Positions 49,797 through 59,612 of a DNA stretch of 64,000 nucleotides are shown piece after piece. The DNA comes from Bacteroidota bacterium (lineage in GTDB: Bacteria; Bacteroidota; Bacteroidia; Cytophagales; Spirosomataceae). The notes under the pieces were generated by a model. The model did not search any database and had not been told where the DNA came from. It saw only the letters and a list, made by a program, of their open reading frames with translations. Each line of letters begins with the position of its first letter. The first letter of the stretch is position 1. Where the stretch lies: NCBI GenBank assembly GCA_041157105.1, contig JBEBDF010000002.1:2494-66493 (forward strand), read 5' to 3'. The position numbers were made by a program, and so were the translations under genes.

Positions 49797-50609
49797 ATGG
49801 TCTCACATCTATATATCTATCCAATTAAGTCTTTAGGGGCAGTTTCTGTCAAGAAAGCAATCTTGGAGAAGGAGGGTTTGCGGGATGATCGTCGCTTCAT
49901 GTTGGTTGATGAACAAGGTAAATTTATTACTCAGCGTACCCGGCCTGCGCTTACTAGATTTGTTTTATCGGAATCAGCAAACGGTTACTTAGTGAAAGAT
50001 GCCGTAACAGGCTTGGAAAAAGAATTATGTACGGCGCCTTCTTTAGGTGATTTTATTCCCGTCGAGATTTGGGATGACCAATTGCAGGCAAGAGAAGTGA
50101 TGGATGGGTGGTCACTTTGGTTTTCACTAGCCTTATCCCAACAGGTAAAGCTGGTTCGGATTACGGAGGAAAATCCACGTCAGATGAAGGAAAAATACCA
50201 GACGGCAATAGCCAAGAACACCTCATTCGCAGATTCATTGCCATTGTTAGTTGTTAGTTCAGGCTCCTATAGTGCTTTAGAGCGCAAGGTTCGGGAGCCA
50301 GTAGATCGGCTACGATTTAGACCTAATATTATCGTTTCGGCTACAGAACCTTTTGTAGAAGATACTTGGTCGGAGATTAAGATAGGAGAGGTATCTCTTT
50401 CAGGGGCCAAACCTTGTGCAAGATGCCCTTTAGTAAATGTGGATCCTATTTCGGGGGAATCAGATAAGAAAACCTTGAAAACATTAGCCTCCATTAGAAC
50501 AATTAACCAAAAGGTGTATTTTGGCCAGCAATTTGTACCTATTTCGATAGGCGAAATTCATGTGGGAATGGAGGTTCAAGTCATTCGTTCTCAGGATGCC
50601 ATTTATTAA
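49797..50609 (+). CDS. MOSC domain protein (YcbX/mARC-like)
   Basis: IYPIKS, DRRFML, FADS, RFRPNI, PCARC. TACATTTG box at 49785-49792. Confidence 0.92.
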   Translation: MVSHLYIYPIKSLGAVSVKKAILEKEGLRDDRRFMLVDEQGKFITQRTRPALTRFVLSESANGYLVKDAVTGLEKELCTAPSLGDFIPVEIWDDQLQAREVMDGWSLWFSLALSQQVKLVRITEENPRQMKEKYQTAIAKNTSFADSLPLLVVSSGSYSALERKVREPVDRLRFRPNIIVSATEPFVEDTWSEIKIGEVSLSGAKPCARCPLVNVDPISGESDKKTLKTLASIRTINQKVYFGQQFVPISIGEIHVGMEVQVIRSQDAIY

Positions 50610-50656
50610 AAATTTATCCCTAGAAGTGGAATTTTTATCGTCTTACCTTTTTTGGT

Positions 50657-50664
50657 TACATTTG
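50657..50664 (+). promoter_or_regulatory. Bacteroidota -7 promoter element for the MFS gene
   Basis: TACATTTG, giving an unusually long leader of about 90 nt. Confidence 0.6.
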
Positions 50665-50757
50665 GAATAACATTCCTGCTGTCTATCTCAACTAAATCCG
50701 AAAGGAATCGCTTCTGGGGAGAAATAGCATTTTGGAGTCCACTTATTTATCTATTTC

Positions 50758-52017
50758 ATGGGATTTTTTCAACATAAAGACGCTTACAAAGCCTTACAAT
50801 TTCCGGAGTTTCGCGCTTATGTGACGGGCAATACGCTATTTACGATTGCTTTGTTGATCCAAGAGGTAGTCTTGGCGTATGAAATATATAAGATTACACA
50901 CAATCCTTTAGCTTTGGGTCTAATCGGATTAGCGGAAGCTGTTCCATTTATCTCTTTGGTGTTATTTGGAGGGCATTTTGCGGATAACCGGGATAAGAAA
51001 AAGATCATGCAGGTAACGCTGTCCTTGATCATTGCGTCCTCCATCTTTTTGTTATACTCAAGTATACAACTTCAATCCGCAGATCAGGATTTTCATATCT
51101 ATTCGATCTATGCAGTTATCTTTATTATTGGTCTTTCCAAAGGTTTTTTCAGCCCTGCCGCTTCTTCATTAAATCCATTTTTAGTGCCTAAAGAAGTGTT
51201 TGCAAATGCAGCAACATGGAATAGTTCTTTTTGGCAATTGGGCTCTATTTTAGGCCCTGGAGTAGCTGGTTTCTTATATGCATATGCGGGATTATCAGGT
51301 TCTTTGATTACTGTAATTGCGTTATTACTAGCGGTAATGTTCTGTATTTTCCAAATAGAGAGTCGCCCTGTGCCCAAGAAAACGGTTCATCATGAATCGA
51401 TATGGCATAGTTTGCGAGAGGGGATTGCGTATGTTTTTAAGACTAAAATTATCCTGTATTCCATTTCTTTAGATCTATTTTCTGTCCTTTTTGGGGGTGT
51501 AATTGCTATCTTGCCCATTTTTGCAGAAGACATTTTAAAAGTAGGAGCGGAGGGTTTAGGAATATTGAGAGCGGCTCCCTCGGTGGGAGCTGTAGTGACG
51601 ATGGTTATATTGGTTTATTTCCCACCGCTGAAACATGCCTGGAGAAACTTGATTTTAGCCATTGCGGGTTTTGGTTTAGCCACCTTAGTATTTGGGGTGT
51701 CGACTAATTTTTGGCTCTCTGTGACTGCCTTATTTTTTACTGGGGCCTTTGACTCTATCTCAGTCGTTATTCGTCAAACGGTTTTGCGTTTCTATACACC
51801 CGACGAGATGCGGGGCCGCGTATCTTCTGTCAATGGGGTTTTTGTTAGCACATCCAATGAACTAGGTGCTTTTGAATCAGGAGTAGCTGCGAAGTTGTTC
51901 GGTACTGTGCCTTCTGTTCTACTAGGTGCAGGGGTAACGTTAGTATTAGTAAGTCTAGTTACCCTAACATCAAAGGAATTATTTGATCTTAAAGTCGATC
52001 AAAAAGTATCGGAATAA
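50758..52017 (+). CDS. MFS transporter (EntS/H+ antiporter-like)
   Basis: GGHFADNRDKK, SLDLFSVLFGG, TPDEMRGRVSS, SNELGAFESG. Confidence 0.9.
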   Translation: MGFFQHKDAYKALQFPEFRAYVTGNTLFTIALLIQEVVLAYEIYKITHNPLALGLIGLAEAVPFISLVLFGGHFADNRDKKKIMQVTLSLIIASSIFLLYSSIQLQSADQDFHIYSIYAVIFIIGLSKGFFSPAASSLNPFLVPKEVFANAATWNSSFWQLGSILGPGVAGFLYAYAGLSGSLITVIALLLAVMFCIFQIESRPVPKKTVHHESIWHSLREGIAYVFKTKIILYSISLDLFSVLFGGVIAILPIFAEDILKVGAEGLGILRAAPSVGAVVTMVILVYFPPLKHAWRNLILAIAGFGLATLVFGVSTNFWLSVTALFFTGAFDSISVVIRQTVLRFYTPDEMRGRVSSVNGVFVSTSNELGAFESGVAAKLFGTVPSVLLGAGVTLVLVSLVTLTSKELFDLKVDQKVSE

Positions 52018-52569
52018 CTACTCTTTAGCTGCTGCAGCTTCCTGCGCGGCTTCTGCTGCAGCTTCCTCCGCGGCTTTTTTCGCTTTTTGTTTTGCTATTT
52101 GTTCCGGCCAGCCTTTTAATATCTCAGTTAAAGCCTTTTTTGATTCTTGGGCCCATTGAATACTTTGAATTACTTGCACATTACTTGCATTTTCGCCTAA
52201 TAAGCAGGGAAGTATTTTAATGTGATGTTCTTCCATCTTCTTGTCAGAAACAATTACTGTTGCATCGCAAGATAAGTGGTGAATGATTCCATCAGGTGTT
52301 TGGCCTTCAGAAACATAAAAATGATCTAATTGACTTAATTCTATCGTATTTTCAGCGATCAAATCATTCCCTTGAAAATGTAATTGAGTGATGGATGTGT
52401 CTGCAACAGCCACATAGGATACACGTTTTTTACCAGATTTCTCCGCAAAAAAATCACCAATGGATTGGAAGAAATTACGTTTAGACAAAGTGGTAATACC
52501 AAGACCTTTTGTATTAGCTGGTAAGTGTTTCTGTATAAATTGAAAAGTGCTGGGCAGTTGAATAGACAT
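52018..52569 (-). CDS. Hypothetical protein with Ala/Glu-rich tail
   Basis: 183-aa ORF filling the gap, co-oriented with the upstream regulator. Confidence 0.75.
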   Translation of the reverse strand: MSIQLPSTFQFIQKHLPANTKGLGITTLSKRNFFQSIGDFFAEKSGKKRVSYVAVADTSITQLHFQGNDLIAENTIELSQLDHFYVSEGQTPDGIIHHLSCDATVIVSDKKMEEHHIKILPCLLGENASNVQVIQSIQWAQESKKALTEILKGWPEQIAKQKAKKAAEEAAAEAAQEAAAAKE

Positions 52570-52580
52570 AATAAAACAGA

Positions 52581-52874
52581 TTAAATTTCGATTCTAATTT
52601 TAGGCTTAGGGAATTCAAAATACTTGGAGAAGGATTGGAACCAAGCATGAATGGTTTCAAATCCTGTTTTATCTAGTTTGTATTCGATAAATTGCCCTTT
52701 TTTAACGGCTTGGATTAAATTTGCTTGCTTTAATAAATCCAAGTGATGCGAAATACTAGGCTTGCTCATGTCAAACTGACTTGCAATCTTTCCAGCATTT
52801 TGTGGTCCATTAACCAAGAATTGCAAGATCTCTCTCCGGGTAGGATCGTTGATTGCTTTAAATTTTGCGTCCAT
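52581..52874 (-). CDS. ArsR family repressor (SdpR-like, Cys-free)
   Basis: FKAINDPTRREIL, SKPSISHHLDLLKQANL, KKGQFIEY. Confidence 0.9.
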   Translation of the reverse strand: MDAKFKAINDPTRREILQFLVNGPQNAGKIASQFDMSKPSISHHLDLLKQANLIQAVKKGQFIEYKLDKTGFETIHAWFQSFSKYFEFPKPKIRIEI

Positions 52875-52875
52875 C

Positions 52876-52908
52876 TTAATTAGATAATTAAGCGAATGTC
52901 TAAATTAA
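52876..52908. promoter_or_regulatory. Putative autorepressor operator
   Basis: Imperfect inverted repeat TTAATTAGATA...TGTCTAAATTAA immediately upstream of the start. Confidence 0.5.
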
Positions 52909-52927
52909 TTTGGATAAATCCAAACAT

Positions 52928-53821
52928 TTATAGATCTGATTTACGATAAGCTTCAATTAAAGCTAATTCTCCTTCCTTCCCAGGCTTTGAATTTCCATGT
53001 TCCATTCCTAAAACGCCAGTAAATCCTTTTTGTTTTATGTGTCTGAATATATTTTGGTAATTCACCTCACCTGTCGTAGGTTCTTTACGTCCTGGATTAT
53101 CTCCTATCTGTATGTAAGCAATTTCATTCCAGCATTTATCCATATTAGCAATGAGGTTCCCTTCATTTCGTTGCATGTGGTACATATCGAAAAGTATCTT
53201 GCAAGAAGGGGAGTCCACGGCTCGACAGATGCTATAGGTTTGATCTGAAAAGCGCAAAAATAAGTCTGAATTATCGCTCAATGGCTCCAATACCATGGTT
53301 AATCCTGCCGGTTCTAAGATTTCTGCAGCGCGCTTTAGATTATCAATTACATTGCCCGTTTGGATTCCCATAGGTAGGTCTCTCGTAAAATTTCCTGGTA
53401 CTACGGTTGCCCATTTAGCATTTACTCGCTTGGAAGTTTCCACAGCTTGTTTACAAGAAGAAAGGAATAAATCAGTCCATTCTTTTTTACCGGTTGTCAT
53501 CGTTTGTTTGTCAAAAAAACCATCAAACTTGATCACAAATACGCCCATTTTCATGTTGAGCTTAGCCAATTTCTCGCCTATTTTTTCTTGAAGCGCTACG
53601 GGCCTGCCCATTAACTCATTGTCCTCCAGTGCGGTAAAACCTTGGTCATACATGAATTGTAGTTGATCTAATTCAGACGGCCCTGCGTGGTTTTTAAACA
53701 TCCCAAAATGAGGCGCATAGTTCAATTCAAATGGTTTTTCACGTGCAATAGGGGAGCCTTTTGAGAATGATGGCACTAATAAACTAGCTCCTAAGATCGA
53801 GGCAAAATCACGGCGATTCAT
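52928..53821 (-). CDS. Hydroxypyruvate isomerase family TIM barrel with Tat-like signal
   Basis: MNRRDF, LEPL, FDMYHMQ, IQIGDNPGRKEPTTGEVNY, GMEH. Confidence 0.88.
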   Translation of the reverse strand: MNRRDFASILGASLLVPSFSKGSPIAREKPFELNYAPHFGMFKNHAGPSELDQLQFMYDQGFTALEDNELMGRPVALQEKIGEKLAKLNMKMGVFVIKFDGFFDKQTMTTGKKEWTDLFLSSCKQAVETSKRVNAKWATVVPGNFTRDLPMGIQTGNVIDNLKRAAEILEPAGLTMVLEPLSDNSDLFLRFSDQTYSICRAVDSPSCKILFDMYHMQRNEGNLIANMDKCWNEIAYIQIGDNPGRKEPTTGEVNYQNIFRHIKQKGFTGVLGMEHGNSKPGKEGELALIEAYRKSDL

Positions 53822-53822
53822 C

Positions 53823-56819
53823 TTATTTCTTTTTTAAAGTGGATAAATATTCAATTAAATCAACTAATTCTGTTGTTTTCATTCCATCGGCTAAACCTTC
53901 CGGCATGAGTGACTCGGGTACTTGTTTGTAAGATTTCAAGGCAGATGTTTTAAAGCTTTTTACCAATCCACCCGGAATTCGTAATACGATATCTGTCTCG
54001 TTTTTTGAAACGATAATTCCTTGGTAGGTATCCCCTGATTTTGTCTTTACTTCAAAGGTTTCGTAGCCAAAACCAATCCCTGCATTTGGATGTAATATAG
54101 ACATATACAATCCTTCTTTCGATAATTTGGATCCTATTTCAGATAGCTTAGGTCCTAATTCAATCCCCTCATTATTTACCACATGACACATCGCACACGA
54201 ATTAGTAAATACAACCTTACCTTTTACTGCATCTCCGGACAATTTAACTAATTCGGCTGTTGCTGGATGTGTTTTTATGGTTTCTATTTGATGTTTGTCT
54301 AAATAACTATTTGCTTTGATCCGAATCGACTTTCTCCAAGCCTTTTGAAGACTTTCCACTACTAGGGGTATGTAAGCAGGTGCTATTTTCTTTTTATCTA
54401 ATAAATCCAAGACAAATTCTTCCGTTGGATAAGCATTTCCAATAACTCTTGCTGCTTGCATTTGCACGGTTTTTCCAAGCTTTGGATTAGAAATCGCCTC
54501 AAATAATAATTGAGCAGATTCTATTTTTCCTTGGTAACGCAAGGACTCGATCAAGGCTAACTTTTCCGATTCACTGCCTGAAAGAAATTTCGATCGAATT
54601 AATGCTGAACCGCCGGGTAAGTTATACAACACTTGGCCAGCTTTAGTAGATTCTGTACGGGAAAGAACCATTCCTAACACGCGTTCGCTTTCTTCATTTA
54701 ACTGATAATAATCTACTAACTCTAAGTATTGCTTCCCAGTGGTTTGCTTTAACAAGCTTAATAATAGTTGTTTAACCTCTGGATGGCTAGATATATAGGC
54801 TGGTTTCATATGCCGAACAGCCTCTAATTGTAAGGTGGCATCACTCGCAAATGGGCCTTGAATAAGACCAAACAAATCGGCTGATTTCTGGTCCCCTGGC
54901 ATAAAATCCAAGGCACGGAAATAGGCCGGCGACTTAGTTTTTCCAATCAGTTCGATGAGTGCCGGTAGTGCTTTCTCTGTTCGTGCTCTCCAAACAATAT
55001 CTGCATATCCCTTGGAATTTTCCGGTTTTAGAGCAGAATAAGCTGCAAAGCGTTCATCCCAATTCCCATCTGCCCCGATACCTAAGGCCTCTAAATACCA
55101 TCGATCTACACCTCCATGTCGCATCGCAAGACTCGCCCAAAGTTTATTCACATTCTCACCGGAAAGATGGCGAAGCGCAATCGCTAATTCACGCCTCACA
55201 GATGCATGTTGATCTTTTGCTGCTTTCTCCGCAAGTGCAGACCAAACTGTAAATGGCTTTTGTTTCGCTGCACGAATAGCCATTGCTTTTAGGTTTGGAT
55301 TAGCTTGATCAAATGCTTTTTGAATAAATTCATCGGAACGAATGCCCTTATTCAATACCCAAAATGCTCGTGCCCTAAAACGGGGATTTTCATGCGTATT
55401 AAATTCATTTTCTAACACCTTTTCCGCCTTGGTTCCCATCTTTTGAAGTGCTTGAAAGGCTAAGAAACGCGTTTCTAAATTAGGGTTTTCCAAGGCTTTT
55501 AGGGCTGATTCTGGCGTTCTTAGATCAATAGGAATTGATTTATAGGCATGTCCTTCAGGAGCAATTCGGTAAATACGCCCTTTTGCCTGATCACCCGCTT
55601 GATGCCCACCTACGCCTGGATCATACCAGTCAGCTATGAAAAGCGATCCATCTGGAGCTGCTGCCACATCAGCAGGTCTAAACCACTGATCTCTTGAGGT
55701 AATTAAATTGTTGATTCTAGCTTCATATCCTGCACCCCAGGGAGTAGTGGAATAAGAACGTACCACATTAGGTCCTGCATCAGTGTGGATCATTTGATTT
55801 TGGAAGATAGAAGGCAATAAATTTCCTTCATAAATGATCATCCCTGTAGGAGAACCTGCACCGGTTTGCAATAAATTAGGTACCACGCCCGGGTCATTTA
55901 AATGCCAGTGACGTAAAGGAATCTCTTTTTCGATGTTTGTTCTGTTTACTGACCAGCCCTCTCCCGTCATTTCATCTACATAACCGTAGTTTCCATGCTC
56001 GAAAACGGCGTTGATTCGAACCCCTTTGTTGCCATCATCATCGTTATCTGATTGCCAAAGCCCCCCATAAGAATCCACAGCCACCTCAAAATTATTTCTA
56101 AAATTATGACCTAAAACCTCGACTTGGCTACCATCTAGATTGCATCGAAAAACCATACCTTGGCGGTATTTCTTGGGCCCAATGGGATCACCGTCTTGAT
56201 CCAACACAGGATTTCCTTTTCCATCTAAAAGCTGCTTGCCTTCATTCCCGATATTAAAATACAGTTTTCCGTCTGGCCCAAAAGTAAACGCATGCGCCCC
56301 ATGATCATGCTGCTCTCCACCAATTCCCGAAAACATCACCTCTTTTCGGTCCGCTTTTCCATCCCTGTTATCATCAAACATTTTCCAGATGTAAGGGCTT
56401 TGTGAAACAATGACCATCGAATCTAACACAGCGATTCCCAGTGGAGAATTTATTTCTGGGGATTGGTAAAAAATTTTCCGTGAATCTGCCTGTCCATCAC
56501 CATCCGTATCTTCTAAAATTAAAATTCGATCCCCTTGTGGATTCGTCGGATTCCCATTAATCCCAGGCCTATAATTGTAGGCTTCTAATACCCAAACGCG
56601 ACCTTTAGCATCCACATCGATATTAGTGGGATTAATTAGCATCGGTTCAGCTGCGAATAGCTTTAATTCTAAGCCAGCAGGGACTTGTAGAGTTGAAACC
56701 TTGGTCTGGACGCTATCAGCTTGCAGTCTCTGAGGCTGAATCAATGTAGGTATGCCTAAGCTTACAAGGCTAATCATGCCCGCTAGGAATAGGAGCGAGG
56801 TGTTTTTAGCAAGTTTCAT
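53823..56819 (-). CDS. PVC-type membrane-bound dehydrogenase-like protein (propeller, HEAT repeats, heme CxxCH)
   Basis: FAAEP, ILEDTDGDGQAD, HNFRN, DWYD, CAMCH, GPKLS, SLMPEGL. Confidence 0.88.
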   Translation of the reverse strand: MKLAKNTSLLFLAGMISLVSLGIPTLIQPQRLQADSVQTKVSTLQVPAGLELKLFAAEPMLINPTNIDVDAKGRVWVLEAYNYRPGINGNPTNPQGDRILILEDTDGDGQADSRKIFYQSPEINSPLGIAVLDSMVIVSQSPYIWKMFDDNRDGKADRKEVMFSGIGGEQHDHGAHAFTFGPDGKLYFNIGNEGKQLLDGKGNPVLDQDGDPIGPKKYRQGMVFRCNLDGSQVEVLGHNFRNNFEVAVDSYGGLWQSDNDDDGNKGVRINAVFEHGNYGYVDEMTGEGWSVNRTNIEKEIPLRHWHLNDPGVVPNLLQTGAGSPTGMIIYEGNLLPSIFQNQMIHTDAGPNVVRSYSTTPWGAGYEARINNLITSRDQWFRPADVAAAPDGSLFIADWYDPGVGGHQAGDQAKGRIYRIAPEGHAYKSIPIDLRTPESALKALENPNLETRFLAFQALQKMGTKAEKVLENEFNTHENPRFRARAFWVLNKGIRSDEFIQKAFDQANPNLKAMAIRAAKQKPFTVWSALAEKAAKDQHASVRRELAIALRHLSGENVNKLWASLAMRHGGVDRWYLEALGIGADGNWDERFAAYSALKPENSKGYADIVWRARTEKALPALIELIGKTKSPAYFRALDFMPGDQKSADLFGLIQGPFASDATLQLEAVRHMKPAYISSHPEVKQLLLSLLKQTTGKQYLELVDYYQLNEESERVLGMVLSRTESTKAGQVLYNLPGGSALIRSKFLSGSESEKLALIESLRYQGKIESAQLLFEAISNPKLGKTVQMQAARVIGNAYPTEEFVLDLLDKKKIAPAYIPLVVESLQKAWRKSIRIKANSYLDKHQIETIKTHPATAELVKLSGDAVKGKVVFTNSCAMCHVVNNEGIELGPKLSEIGSKLSKEGLYMSILHPNAGIGFGYETFEVKTKSGDTYQGIIVSKNETDIVLRIPGGLVKSFKTSALKSYKQVPESLMPEGLADGMKTTELVDLIEYLSTLKKK

Positions 56820-56823
56820 AACA

Positions 56824-57579
56824 TTAACGGATAGTAGAGAAGGTAGTAGGGGTCATAAAAATCGACTCGATTTTCTCAACGATTTTCCCATCTTTTTCTG
56901 AATCAGCAGCTACTTGTTTCCATTTAGGATCTTTTACAAAGTTAGCCCAATTCGCCTTAGCAGCCTCTTCTGATGGATGCGCCACGAGATATACTAATTT
57001 GCTTTGAACAGCTGGATCTTTTTCTATTGTTGTAAAGTAGGCGATGTTTTTAATATCATGAGATTTTAAAATTTTCATCGTGTGATCTCTGAAACGCGCT
57101 AAAATCGCCGGATTTCTACCAGGCAATTGTGTATAGGTTCGCAATTCAAATACTTGATCAACAGAGCCACCTGATGGTTTGATTTTAGGGCTAAAATCCG
57201 TCGCATTCATGAACACACTAGTTACTTTTGCGACAATTTTTCCTGTCTCTTCTGATTTTTTTGCAACAGCTTTCCACTCAGGATCGCTACTAAAATGCTT
57301 CCAGGAAGAATCGCGTTCGGCTTTAGATGGATAGGCTAAAATATAATAAAGTGCATTTTCCGTATTATTGGTGGGGATCCAATAGCCCACATTGGTCATA
57401 CCGTGTTTTTCAAAAATTTTCGTCGTATGATTCGTAAACCGTTGAATTAAGGCATCTAATCTACCAGGATGGCAATAATAGATACGCATTTCAAAATAAC
57501 GGCTGTCTGCTTTTTTTGCGTTTAAAGCGAATGGGAATAGACCCGCACAGAGCAAGGTCAAAAGGATGATTTTTTTCAT
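56824..57579 (-). CDS. Secreted tandem NIPSNAP family protein
   Basis: Two repeats of FE(M/L)RxY...RF..HT..I...H...DP.W; signal peptide. Confidence 0.9.
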   Translation of the reverse strand: MKKIILLTLLCAGLFPFALNAKKADSRYFEMRIYYCHPGRLDALIQRFTNHTTKIFEKHGMTNVGYWIPTNNTENALYYILAYPSKAERDSSWKHFSSDPEWKAVAKKSEETGKIVAKVTSVFMNATDFSPKIKPSGGSVDQVFELRTYTQLPGRNPAILARFRDHTMKILKSHDIKNIAYFTTIEKDPAVQSKLVYLVAHPSEEAAKANWANFVKDPKWKQVAADSEKDGKIVEKIESIFMTPTTFSTIR

Positions 57580-57603
57580 GTGTTTAAATAGGTTTGAACG
57601 AAT

Positions 57604-58176
57604 TTACGGATTTAATCGTCTTTTTAGTAGTTTATCAATCATAAAAAATAGCATCTCCGGTTTTAGTGTTCTCCAGTTCGGAATCTGAAGGTTTCCGCCA
57701 AAATTCAGGTAGTAATCTATCTTGTATTTGGCCCATTCCTCCTCCACAAAAGGCGCAAAATGCATTGCCGCAATCCAGCCATCCTCCACATCCTCAAACC
57801 ATTCTGCATAGTAGTCGTCCTCAAAAGATCCATGAAAATTAAGCACATTCTCTCCTACTAAAATAAAGTGCTTAATCCCTGCATCGACAAAATGATCCAC
57901 CACGGTTCTTTTCAAGTGCATTACATCATTATGGAGGGTATCATTCCATTCCCCGAATAATTCGATAATGGTATATTTTGCCGTATAATCTGTGAATAGA
58001 ATTTTGCAAAATAGGGTCTCAGAGCCTATATCATCCCATAAAGGATGAATATAATAGCCATAAATATCATTTTCATAGGTAGTTTGGGAATAATGTCTGC
58101 CAAAGAAGGGGGACTTCTTATCCTTTGCAGCCACATAAATAGATTCCCATTGGAACGATGGTTCGATGTTTTGCAT
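57604..58176 (-). CDS. Conserved hypothetical protein
   Basis: 190-aa ORF rich in aromatic and acidic residues (IHPLWD, GEWND, ENVLNFHGS); no function recognised. Confidence 0.8.
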   Translation of the reverse strand: MQNIEPSFQWESIYVAAKDKKSPFFGRHYSQTTYENDIYGYYIHPLWDDIGSETLFCKILFTDYTAKYTIIELFGEWNDTLHNDVMHLKRTVVDHFVDAGIKHFILVGENVLNFHGSFEDDYYAEWFEDVEDGWIAAMHFAPFVEEEWAKYKIDYYLNFGGNLQIPNWRTLKPEMLFFMIDKLLKRRLNP

Positions 58177-58189
58177 GCCCTAATAACCT

Positions 58190-58219
58190 AAAAAAGGCTT
58201 GCAATCGCAAGCCTTTTTT
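58190..58219. terminator. Intrinsic terminator for the upstream minus-strand gene
   Basis: AAAAAAGGCTTGC-AATC-GCAAGCCTTTTTT. Confidence 0.88.
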
Positions 58220-58240
58220 ACTATCCTTCAGAGATTAAAT

Positions 58241-59407
58241 TTAAAGAGAAACGGCCTTCTTAAATGTGCCATTGCCATCGAATTCAATCATATATTTTTT
58301 AGTGGCCAATTCGATCACCACATGGTAAAACTTCACCACATTATCTACTGAACCACTTGCGCCTTTAACGAAGGCCCAACCGGCATACTTACTGTCTAGG
58401 TAGGACTTAACTGTGGCAGGTAAGTCTGAAGCCTTCAATTCTTTTAGGCCCAGATTTGGAGGATTATGACCTGATTTTCCTCCCTGATGTTGAGGAAGAA
58501 CCTGGAATTTAGCATCCAAATGAATATCTTTTTTAGTGGTGCCTACGGTAACACCTATATGGTATTCAACAATGACAGAATCTTTTAAAATAGCGACAGC
58601 GTAATCTAACTTATATCCCGTGTGGTTCGCATTTAAATAGCCAATTAAACCATCTGGCAAAGTTTTTAATTCAATTTTGGTAAAGTTCGGACCTTTTGTA
58701 TTAACCTCTTTTGTCATTAAAATCTTACCTGTTCCATCAACTACTAAATCATAGGGAACTCCTAGTTTATCAATACGGATATGGTAGACTTCCATGCCTT
58801 TCGGATCTTTCACTAAAAAGGCTCTTTTAAATGTATATCCAGAAATGGTGGATTTTACTGACGCAGGTAGATCATTTAAGGCGATTTCTGTAGCTACTGG
58901 TGCTGGCCCTTTCTTTCCAGGTTTTCCTTGTAAACCCGTTATTTGGTTTAAAAAAGCACCTGTTTGATCAAAGAAAATAGAATAGTTTTCCTTGTTGAAA
59001 TTTAATTCTACTCTGAAACCTAATTTTTCACCTTTCGTCTTTTTAAATGCATGTTCGAAGGTTGCTCCTGGAAAATTTGTATCTAAGTAGGTAAGTATTG
59101 CAGCGGGCAAGTCTGATTTTGCAATTTTCACGGCCTCTTCCTTAATGATCCCCTTATTGGAGACGACAACTTGAGCCTCCGTAGTAGGTGCAATGACATT
59201 TGCGACATAAAGCGAATTTGTTTGAAGAGTTGAATAGTCAACAGAAGTCGCTTTCGGATATACCTTAGATACTGCTTGTGTTACAAGAACAGGGACATCT
59301 TGAGGTGCTAGCATTGTAGCCTCTTGTGGTTCTACATTTTGATCTTTTGTACACGCATTTAAAGCGAGTAGGGAAACAAACGCGATTAATGAAATTTTTG
59401 TTTTCAT
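58241..59407 (-). CDS. PepSY-like (DUF2874/BLIP-like) repeat lipoprotein
   Basis: Lipobox LNAC; about five repeats of (D)LPxx(V/I)xxYLxxx(Y/F)xG...FDxxG. Confidence 0.8.
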   Translation of the reverse strand: MKTKISLIAFVSLLALNACTKDQNVEPQEATMLAPQDVPVLVTQAVSKVYPKATSVDYSTLQTNSLYVANVIAPTTEAQVVVSNKGIIKEEAVKIAKSDLPAAILTYLDTNFPGATFEHAFKKTKGEKLGFRVELNFNKENYSIFFDQTGAFLNQITGLQGKPGKKGPAPVATEIALNDLPASVKSTISGYTFKRAFLVKDPKGMEVYHIRIDKLGVPYDLVVDGTGKILMTKEVNTKGPNFTKIELKTLPDGLIGYLNANHTGYKLDYAVAILKDSVIVEYHIGVTVGTTKKDIHLDAKFQVLPQHQGGKSGHNPPNLGLKELKASDLPATVKSYLDSKYAGWAFVKGASGSVDNVVKFYHVVIELATKKYMIEFDGNGTFKKAVSL

Positions 59408-59612
59408 GATTTTAAAAGTTGATTTGGTTTATCAAACGGTAAATCTGCTTCAATTATATAGATATTCTTTAAAAAAATAAAAAGGTAAAGCAACTAATCG
59501 ACGAACGGGCGCATCTAGTCTACAAAATTATCAGTTATTTGATAATTTATAGTACCTTGTATTGCAAAGTACCTTTTGTTTTATATCTTTGCCAAAGATT
59601 TAACAAACCACC

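Noticed and set aside
50690-50712. SRP RNA (TCC-GAAA-GGA resembles the domain IV apex)
   Set aside because: The flanking CAGG and AGCA internal-loop nucleotides are absent.
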